Source of the DNA: an uncultured Oscillibacter sp.
GTDB taxonomy: Bacteria > Bacillota > Clostridia > Oscillospirales > Oscillospiraceae
Direction: 5' to 3'
DNA length: 63,381 nucleotides
Assembly: GCF_910587525.1 (NCBI RefSeq)
Contig: NZ_CAJULS010000001.1
Coordinates: forward strand, 1-63,381
Part shown: positions 56,465 to 63,381 of the stretch, in pieces
Layout: every line of letters begins with the position of its first letter
How positions within the stretch are numbered: the first letter of the stretch is position 1
Made by a program: the position numbers and the translations under genes
The notes under the pieces: generated by a model
The model's input: only the letters and a program-made list of their open reading frames with translations
Databases searched by the model: none
Told to the model about the DNA's origin: nothing

Positions 56465-58633
56465 ATGGACCCGATTATTTTACAAATTGCACGGGAATTG
56501 GACAAGCGGCCGGAGCATGTGGAAAACGTGGTGCGCCTCCTGGACGAGGGCAACACTATCCCCTTCATCGCCCGGTACCGCAAGGAGCTCCACGGCGCCA
56601 TGGACGACACCGCCCTCCGGACCCTGGAGGAACGGCTCCAGTACCTCCGGGGCCTCCAGGAACGGCGGGAGACGGTGAAATTCGCCATCGAGGAGCAGGG
56701 CAAGCTGACGGAGGAGCTGGCCGCCGCCATCGACAGCGCCCAAACGCTGGCGGAGGTGGAGGACCTGTACCGCCCCTACAAGCAAAAGCGCCGCACCCGG
56801 GCCACGATGGCGAAGGAGAAGGGCCTGGAGCCGTTGGCAGAGCTCCTCTTCGCCCAGGGGCCGGACTGCCCGGACCCGCTGGAGGAAGCGGCGAAGTACG
56901 TCGACCTGGAAAAGGGCGTGGAGACAGCGGAGGACGCCCTTCAAGGGGCATCCGACATTATCGCCGAGCAGATTTCCGACGACGCGGAGCTGCGCAAGCG
57001 GCTGCGGGAGCTGCTGATGAAAAACGGGATCCTCCGCAGCGCCGCCGCCACAGAGGAGGACAGCGTCTATCGCCTGTACTATGACTTTTCCCAGGCCCTC
57101 TCCAGGCTCCAGGGCCACCAGATCCTGGCCGTCAACCGGGGAGAGAAGGAGGAACTGCTGAAGGTCTCCATCGAACTGGACCGGGAGCTGGCCCTGCGGA
57201 CCGTCCGCCGCCATGTGGTGGTCCCCGGCAGCCGGGCCATGGAATTTGTGAAGGCCGCCGCCGAAGACGCCTACGACCGTCTGATCTTTCCCTCCCTGGA
57301 GCGGGAGGCCCGCTCTGAGCTGACCGACCGGGCCAACGAGGGGGCCATCGGCCAGTTTGCCCTGAACCTGCGTCCCCTCCTGATGCAGCCGCCGGTGAAA
57401 GGCAAGGTCACCATGGGCCTGGACCCCGGGTACCGCATGGGCTGCAAGGTGGCCGTGGTGGACGGCACCGGCAAGGTACTGGACACCGCCGTGGTCTACC
57501 CCACCTACAATGAGCGGAAGAAGGACGAGGCCATTGCCACCCTGGCAAAACTCATCAAAAAGCACGGTGTGGAGCACATCGCCATCGGCAACGGCACCGC
57601 CAGCCGGGAGACGGAACAGATGGCGGTGGAACTGATCCGGCAGGTGAACGCCGCCGGAGCCCATGTCTCCTATATGATTGTCTCCGAGGCCGGGGCTTCC
57701 GTGTACTCCGCCAGCAAGCTGGCGGCGGAGGAGTTCCCCCAGTTCGACGTGAACCTCCGCTCTGCCGTGTCCATCGCCCGGCGGCTCCAGGACCCCCTGG
57801 CGGAGCTGGTGAAAATCGACCCCAAGGCCATCGGCGTGGGACAGTACCAGCACGATATGCCCCCCAAGCGGCTGGGGGAGGCCCTGGACGGCGTGGTGGA
57901 GGACTGCGTCAACGCCGTGGGCGTGGACGTGAACACCGCCTCTCCCTCCCTCCTCCAGCGGGTGGCAGGACTGAACAGCACAACCGCCAAAAACGTGGTG
58001 GCCTACCGGGAGGAAAACGGCCCCTTCACCGCCCGGAAGCAGATTTTAAAGGTCCCCAAGCTGGGACCCAAGGCCTTCCAGCAGTGCGCCGGCTTCCTGC
58101 GGGTGCCGGAGAGCAAATCCGTGCTGGACAACACCGCCGTCCACCCGGAGAGCTACGGCGCCGCCGAGAAGCTGCTGTCCCTGACGGGCCACTCTCTGTC
58201 GGACGTGGGCGGCGGGAACCTGCGGGACCTGCCCGCCCAGGTGAAATCCTACGGCGAGGAAAGGGCCGCGGCGGAGTGCGGCGTGGGCGTACCCACCCTG
58301 CGGGACGTGGTTGGCGAGCTGATGAAGCCGGGCCGGGACATCCGGGACGACCTGCCTCAGCCCATCCTCCGCACCGACGTGCTGGAGATCAAGGACCTGA
58401 AGCCCGGCATGGTGCTGACGGGCACCGTGCGCAACGTCATCGACTTCGGCGTCTTTGTGGACATCGGCGTCCACCAGGACGGGCTGGTCCACATCTCCCA
58501 AGTGGCGGACAAATTTGTCAAACATCCCTCCGAGGCCGTGTCCGTAGGGGACGTGGTGAAGGTAGTGGTGCTGGAGGTGGATGAAAAAAAGAAGCGGATC
58601 AGCCTCTCCATGCGCCAGGTCCCCAAGGGCTAA
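56465..58633 (+). CDS. tex: Tex family transcription accessory protein (S1 domain)
   Basis: TIPFIARYRKE, GLDPGYRMGCK, IGNGTASRE, SIARRLQDPLAEL, C-terminal S1 domain. Confidence 0.95.
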   Translation: MDPIILQIARELDKRPEHVENVVRLLDEGNTIPFIARYRKELHGAMDDTALRTLEERLQYLRGLQERRETVKFAIEEQGKLTEELAAAIDSAQTLAEVEDLYRPYKQKRRTRATMAKEKGLEPLAELLFAQGPDCPDPLEEAAKYVDLEKGVETAEDALQGASDIIAEQISDDAELRKRLRELLMKNGILRSAAATEEDSVYRLYYDFSQALSRLQGHQILAVNRGEKEELLKVSIELDRELALRTVRRHVVVPGSRAMEFVKAAAEDAYDRLIFPSLEREARSELTDRANEGAIGQFALNLRPLLMQPPVKGKVTMGLDPGYRMGCKVAVVDGTGKVLDTAVVYPTYNERKKDEAIATLAKLIKKHGVEHIAIGNGTASRETEQMAVELIRQVNAAGAHVSYMIVSEAGASVYSASKLAAEEFPQFDVNLRSAVSIARRLQDPLAELVKIDPKAIGVGQYQHDMPPKRLGEALDGVVEDCVNAVGVDVNTASPSLLQRVAGLNSTTAKNVVAYREENGPFTARKQILKVPKLGPKAFQQCAGFLRVPESKSVLDNTAVHPESYGAAEKLLSLTGHSLSDVGGGNLRDLPAQVKSYGEERAAAECGVGVPTLRDVVGELMKPGRDIRDDLPQPILRTDVLEIKDLKPGMVLTGTVRNVIDFGVFVDIGVHQDGLVHISQVADKFVKHPSEAVSVGDVVKVVVLEVDEKKKRISLSMRQVPKG

Positions 58634-58704
58634 TGGCCTCAAATGAGGCCTGCCTCCCAACCAGCACATAAGCTAAAGCAATATTGAATATTATCATTTC
58701 GCGC

Positions 58705-58733
58705 TTTACTTATAGGAGAAACCCCGCTATAAT
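58705..58733 (+). promoter_or_regulatory. purA promoter
   Basis: TTTACT-N17-TATAAT. Confidence 0.55.
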
Positions 58734-58823
58734 AGGGAAGGTTGAGCGCGCATTTTTACAATAGGTCAACCTCTATAATCATAATCATATTGGCAATCTA
58801 AAAAAACCGGGAGGCTTTTCAAA

Positions 58824-60098
58824 ATGTCAAATTGCGCCATTGTAGGCATCAACTGGGGCGACGAGGGCAAGGGCCGCATGGTGGACCTGCTGACCCAGGA
58901 CTACGACGTGGTGGTCCGCTACCAGGGCGGCGGCAACGCCGGACACACGGTGATGAACGAAAAAGGCAAATTCGCCCTGCACCTGCTGCCCTCCGGCATT
59001 TTCCGGGACGGTGTCGTGAACATCCTGGGCAACGGTGTGGCCGTGGACTGCGAGAGCCTCTGGACGGAGATGCAGGACGTGGTGTCCAAGGGCGTGCCCA
59101 TCACCCCGGAGAATCTGAAAATCAGTGACCGGGCCAGCCTGCTGCTGCCCTGGCACCGTGATCTGGACAACCTGGAGGAGCAGCGCCTGGCGGACAAGAA
59201 GTACGGCTCCACCAAGCAGGGCATCGCCCCCTTTTACTCCGACAAATACCAGAAGAAGACCGTCATGGCCGGGGAGCTGCTGTACCCGGCGAAGCTCTGG
59301 GAACACCTGGAGGGCATTCTAGAGTGGAAGAACCTGACGTTGGAAAAGGTCTACGGCGCAAAGCCCTATACCATGGAAGACCTGCGGAGCTGGTTCGCGG
59401 ACTTTGGCGAAAAGATCAAGCCCTTCGTCTGCGACACCGGCGCGTTTTTGCGCGGCGCCCAGGCGGAGGGGAAGAAAATTCTCTTTGAGGCCCAGCTGGG
59501 CTCCCTGCGGGATCTCGACTACGGCATCTACCCTTACACCACCTCCTCCAACCCCATCGCCGCCTACGCCCCGGTGGGCTCCGGCCTGCCCTCCGCCAAA
59601 ATCGATGAGATCGTGGGTGTGGTGAAGGCCTACTCCTCCTGTGTGGGCGAGGGTCCCTTCACCTGCGAGTGGTTCGGCGAAAAGGCGGAGAAGCTCCGGG
59701 AGGCGGGAAGCGAATACGGTGCCAAGACCGGCCGCCCCCGCCGGGTGGGCCCCATCGATCTGGTAGCCACCCGCTACGGCGTTCAGTGCCAGGGCGCCAC
59801 CAACATCGCCCTGACCAAGCTGGACGTGCTGAGCTGTCTGGATGAGATCCCCATCTGCGCCCACTATGAGCTGTACGGTCAGGAGACGGACCAGTTCCCC
59901 TTCCCCGCCGTGCTGGCAGACGCAAGGCCGGTGGAGACCTCCATGCCCGGCTGGAAATGCGATATCTCCGGCGCACGGAAGTGGGAGGACCTGCCCCAGG
60001 CCGCCCGGGACTATGTGGAGTACGTGGAAAAGGAGATTGGCTGCCGCATTGGCTACGTGTCCGTGGGACCGGAGCGGGATGCCATTATCCTGCGATAA
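58824..60098 (+). CDS. purA: Adenylosuccinate synthetase
   Basis: WGDEGKG, GGGNAGHT, YPYTTSS, TGRPRR, TKLD. Confidence 0.97.
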   Translation: MSNCAIVGINWGDEGKGRMVDLLTQDYDVVVRYQGGGNAGHTVMNEKGKFALHLLPSGIFRDGVVNILGNGVAVDCESLWTEMQDVVSKGVPITPENLKISDRASLLLPWHRDLDNLEEQRLADKKYGSTKQGIAPFYSDKYQKKTVMAGELLYPAKLWEHLEGILEWKNLTLEKVYGAKPYTMEDLRSWFADFGEKIKPFVCDTGAFLRGAQAEGKKILFEAQLGSLRDLDYGIYPYTTSSNPIAAYAPVGSGLPSAKIDEIVGVVKAYSSCVGEGPFTCEWFGEKAEKLREAGSEYGAKTGRPRRVGPIDLVATRYGVQCQGATNIALTKLDVLSCLDEIPICAHYELYGQETDQFPFPAVLADARPVETSMPGWKCDISGARKWEDLPQAARDYVEYVEKEIGCRIGYVSVGPERDAIILR

Positions 60099-60116
60099 AC
60101 GACTTGGGAGAAATCT

Positions 60117-60524
60117 ATGGGACTGTTTGGTTTTGGGAAAAAGCAGCCAGAAAAAAAGGGGCTCAGCCAGGAGGAGACCGCCCGCCGGTGGAAAGACGCC
60201 TACCGGGCCAATCCCCAGGTGTACCAGAAAAACGGCGGTGACACCCTCCTTGGAAACTGCACCCTGACAGAGGATGTGGACACCCTGCTCCCCCTTCATC
60301 CCGGGAGCCAGTGGGCGGTGGACGGCAGACCCGTTCCAGACTGGATTCTCAGCCCGGTCAGCATCACCGAGCAGCGCATTCTGGGGCAGATGGAGTATCC
60401 GGAGGCCATGAAGCGGCTCCGGCCCTTCTCTCTGGCGGAATCAGAGGGCTGGATTTTGATTCGGGCCATGACCCACGCAGAACTGGACGGGCTGTTTGCG
60501 GGCCTTCCCCGGCAATTGATCTAG
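60117..60524 (+). CDS. Hypothetical protein between purA and purB
   Basis: GGGAG RBS; MGLFGFGKK N-terminus; fills the gap between the two genes. Confidence 0.7.
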   Translation: MGLFGFGKKQPEKKGLSQEETARRWKDAYRANPQVYQKNGGDTLLGNCTLTEDVDTLLPLHPGSQWAVDGRPVPDWILSPVSITEQRILGQMEYPEAMKRLRPFSLAESEGWILIRAMTHAELDGLFAGLPRQLI

Positions 60525-60550
60525 AGCCTGTTCTCAAATTGGAGGTTTTG

Positions 60551-61969
60551 ATGATGAAAGACCGCTATGAATCCCCCCTGTCCTCCCGGTACGCGTCGGA
60601 ATTTATGCTGAACCTCTTCTCCGCCGAAAAGCGCATTCAGACCTGGCGGCGGCTGTGGGTGGCCCTGGCCCGGGCAGAGCACAAGCTGGGCCTGCCTGTG
60701 ACGGCGGACCAGGTGGCGGAGCTGGAGGCTCATATCTCCGACATTGACTTTGAAATGGCGGCCCAGAGGGAGAAGGAGGTCCGCCATGACGTCATGGCCC
60801 ACGTCTATACCTACGGCAAGGCCGCTCCCTCCGCCGCCGGCATTATCCATCTGGGGGCAACCAGCTGCTATGTTACCGACAACGCGGACCTGATTCTCTA
60901 CCGGGAGGGCCTGCGGTATCTCCGGGGAGAACTGGCCGCCGTGCTGGCGAACCTGGCTCAGTTTGCGGAGAAGTACAAGGCCACGCCCACTCTGGGCTAC
61001 ACCCACTACCAGCCCGCCCAGCTGGTAACCGTGGGCAAACGGGCCGCGCTGTGGATGCAGGATTTCCTCAGTGATCTGGAGGAGCTGGACTTTGTTCTGG
61101 AGAACCTGAAATTCCTGGGCTGCCGGGGCACCACCGGCACCGAGGCCAGCTTTATGGACCTCTTTGAGGGGGACGGTGAGAAAATCGACGAGATGAACCG
61201 GCAGATCGCCGGGGAATTCGGCTTTGACAAGTGCTTCCCCGTCTGCGGCCAAACCTATCCCCGGAAGGTGGACAGCCGCATCTTAAACTGCCTCTCCGCC
61301 ATCGCCCAGAGCTGCTGCCGGATGGCCAACGACATCCGCCTGCTCCAGCACGACCGGCAGGTGGAGGAGCCCTTTGAGAAAAACCAGATCGGGTCCTCCG
61401 CCATGGCCTACAAGCGCAACCCCATGCGGTCCGAGCGCATCTGCTCTCTGAGCCGCTACCTCATGGCCGACGCCATGAACGCGCCTCTCACCGCCTCCGT
61501 CCAGTGGCTGGAGCGGACCCTGGACGACTCCGCCAACCGCCGGATCTCCATGCCGGAGGGCTTTCTCTGCGCCGACGCCATTCTGCGCCTCAGTCAGAAC
61601 GTCACCGACGGTCTCCACGTCAATGAGAAGGTGGTGGACCGCACCGTGCGGGAGTACCTCCCCTTCATCGCCACGGAGAACCTGATGATGGAGGGGGTCA
61701 AGCGTGGCGGCGACCGGCAGGCGCTCCACGAGATCATCCGCACCTGCTCCATGGCCGCCACTGCCAAGATGAAAGAGGGCAAGCCCTGCGACCTGCTGCA
61801 CCGGCTGGCTGCGGAGCAGGCTTTCGGCATGACAGGGGCGGAGATGGAGGCCGTGCTGGATCCGGCACTGTACACCGGCCGCTGCACAGAGCAGGTGGAG
61901 GTCTTTCTGGCCCGGGTACGGCCGCTTCTGGCAGACGCCTCCCTGGAAAAGCCGGAGATCAATCTGTAA
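60551..61969 (+). CDS. purB: Adenylosuccinate lyase
   Basis: RHDVMAH, HLGATS, GYTHYQPAQ, GSSAMAYKRNP. Confidence 0.97.
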   Translation: MMKDRYESPLSSRYASEFMLNLFSAEKRIQTWRRLWVALARAEHKLGLPVTADQVAELEAHISDIDFEMAAQREKEVRHDVMAHVYTYGKAAPSAAGIIHLGATSCYVTDNADLILYREGLRYLRGELAAVLANLAQFAEKYKATPTLGYTHYQPAQLVTVGKRAALWMQDFLSDLEELDFVLENLKFLGCRGTTGTEASFMDLFEGDGEKIDEMNRQIAGEFGFDKCFPVCGQTYPRKVDSRILNCLSAIAQSCCRMANDIRLLQHDRQVEEPFEKNQIGSSAMAYKRNPMRSERICSLSRYLMADAMNAPLTASVQWLERTLDDSANRRISMPEGFLCADAILRLSQNVTDGLHVNEKVVDRTVREYLPFIATENLMMEGVKRGGDRQALHEIIRTCSMAATAKMKEGKPCDLLHRLAAEQAFGMTGAEMEAVLDPALYTGRCTEQVEVFLARVRPLLADASLEKPEINL

Positions 61970-62094
61970 ATGCCCTTCGCGGCGGACTGCTGTTCTCAAA
62001 TGAAGGACAGCTGTCCGCCGTTGGTTTATCCGTTTTCTCTGCAAAGTCGAATAAGGTTGCAGAAAATTGGTTCTGGATTTTGTCTGTTTTGACG

Positions 62095-62124
62095 TTGACA
62101 AACGCCCGTCTGCGGTGATACACT
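62095..62124 (+). promoter_or_regulatory. SigA-type promoter upstream of the T-box
   Basis: TTGACA-N18-TACACT with TG extension. Confidence 0.65.
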
Positions 62125-62147
62125 GCAAACATCAATTAAAAATTGTC

Positions 62148-62420
62148 AAGGCATTGATGGAGAAAAGTAACGCGGACGTTCCGGGCCAGTGAGCGGGGGA
62201 TGGTGGAAACCCCGTACCAAAGAATCCGCGGGAAGAACACTCCGGAGCCGCAACCTGAACGCGGATTCATCCGCCAGTAAGCGCGACGGGTCGTGACCGT
62301 TACATCACGCGGGCTTGTTGGAGCCTTGAAGAGGTGGCGTCCCATTGGGAGGCAAATTAGGTGGCACCGCGGATAGCAGCTATTCGTCCTAAAATATTAG
62401 GATATAGCTGCGTTTTATTT
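62148..62420 (+). ncRNA. T-box riboswitch, Asn-specific
   Basis: Stem I with AGTA and GGTGGAA elements; specifier AAC at 62236-62238; T-box AATTAGGTGGCACCGCG at 62355-62371; terminator GCAGCTAT/ATAGCTGC with T-tract. Confidence 0.93.
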
Positions 62421-62438
62421 TATCTAGGAGGTGCGCTT

Positions 62439-63381
62439 ATGTGTACAATCATGGGATTTTCCCAGAAGACGCTGACCCGGCAGGAGATCGTCCCCTTCCT
62501 GGACCGCACGGCCTCCCGGGGCCCGGACATGAGTCAGATCGTCGAGACCCCCTCCGGCTGGCTCTGCTTCCAGCGGCTTTCCATTATGGGCCTCACGGAG
62601 GCGGGGATGCAGCCCTTCTCCCTGGACGGAGACTTTGTGGTCTGCAACGGCGAGATCTACGGTTTCCGGCCTCTGAAACGCCAACTGGCGGAAAAGGGCT
62701 ACCAGTTCCAAAGCGGCAGCGACTGTGAGGTACTGCTCCCCCTGTTCCGTGAGTACGGTCTGGAAATGTTCTCCCGGCTGGACGCGGAGTTTGCCCTAGT
62801 GATCTACGACGCCTCTGCGGATTCCCTTATCGCCGCCCGGGACCCCATCGGCATCCGCCCCCTTTTCTTTGGGTACGACAGGACCGGGGCCATCGTCTTT
62901 GCCAGCGAGGCCAAGAACCTGGTGGGCCTGTGCGATGAAATCTGCCCCTTCCCTCCGGGGCACTACTACGCCCGCGGCAGGTTCGTCCGCTATGCTGACC
63001 TGACTGCGGTCCGCTCCTATTGCAAAGACGATCTGGAGACGGTGTGCCGGGGCATTCGGGACCGGCTGATCGCCGCCGTGGACAAACGGCTGGACGCCGA
63101 CGCCCCGGTGGGCTTCCTTCTCTCCGGCGGGCTGGACTCCTCGCTGGTGTGCGCCATCAGCTCCATCGTGCTGGGGAAGAAGATCCGCACCTTTGCCATC
63201 GGGATGGACACCGACGCCATCGATCTGAAATACGCCCGGGAGACCGCCGATTTTATCGGCGCCGACCACACGGAGGTCATCATGACCCGGCAGGAGGTGC
63301 TGGATTCTCTGGACGGCCTCATCGCGCTGCTGGGCACCTGGGACATCACCACCATCCGGGCCAGCATGGGGATGTACCTCT
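62439..63381 (+). CDS. asnB: Glutamine-hydrolysing asparagine synthetase B (partial, runs off the window end)
   Basis: Manual translation MCTIMGF...RGPD...RLSIMG...CNGEIY...SDCE...RDPIGIRPLF...LSGGLDSS; Cys2 nucleophile; Asn T-box upstream. Confidence 0.95.
   Translation, partial: MCTIMGFSQKTLTRQEIVPFLDRTASRGPDMSQIVETPSGWLCFQRLSIMGLTEAGMQPFSLDGDFVVCNGEIYGFRPLKRQLAEKGYQFQSGSDCEVLLPLFREYGLEMFSRLDAEFALVIYDASADSLIAARDPIGIRPLFFGYDRTGAIVFASEAKNLVGLCDEICPFPPGHYYARGRFVRYADLTAVRSYCKDDLETVCRGIRDRLIAAVDKRLDADAPVGFLLSGGLDSSLVCAISSIVLGKKIRTFAIGMDTDAIDLKYARETADFIGADHTEVIMTRQEVLDSLDGLIALLGTWDITTIRASMGMYL

Noticed and set aside
58734..58823. Purine riboswitch upstream of purA
   Set aside because: Lacks the UAUAAU...AUAUGG...GUUUCUACC...CCGUAAA consensus; only a simple AGGTTGA/TCAACCT hairpin is present
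60528..62001. 12-bp direct repeat CTGTTCTCAAAT flanking purB (60528-60539 and 61990-62001)
   Set aside because: purB is a core gene with no mobility genes nearby; a single short repeat pair is compatible with chance or a MITE-end remnant

Overview
A GC-rich Bacillota chromosome segment; gene content and style suggest Oscillospiraceae (Oscillibacter-like), which is an inference. Positions 1-14138 (minus) hold the 5' part of a flagellar operon: flgB-flgC-fliE-fliF-fliG-fliH-fliI-fliJ-fliK-flgD-TIGR02530-like-flgE-flbD-motA-motB-fliM-fliY (partial). fliL is missing from its usual slot and the stator carries a Na+-type signature. Divergent from it is a c-di-GMP phosphorelay operon (REC-HD-GYP-GGDEF protein, Hpt, hybrid kinase). 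Next come a His-less kinase-like protein with tandem Spo0A-like boxes, a ~160-bp MITE, mnmA, a PAS hybrid kinase, ftsH, rlmB, a P1B-ATPase-like pseudoenzyme, and a MarR with a heterodimeric ABC exporter. These are followed by a candidate anti-Shine-Dalgarno sRNA, a DUF2975/HTH module, an SGNH hydrolase, a nucleotidyltransferase, a Fur/Zur-ZnuCB unit and a decayed AT-rich islet with a GNAT pseudogene. The right part holds pta, a LysM-G5-M23 peptidase, an ECF sigma/anti-sigma module, a CAAX protease, DUF1846, an acyltransferase pseudogene, tex, purA, purB and an Asn T-box in front of a partial asnB. I saw no rRNA, tRNA, CRISPR array or intact transposase. The best novelty candidates are the sRNA locus at 36063-36270, the pseudo-P-type ATPase, the His-less kinase and the structured flgB and flgE leaders. 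All family assignments are from motif recognition by eye, without database searches.
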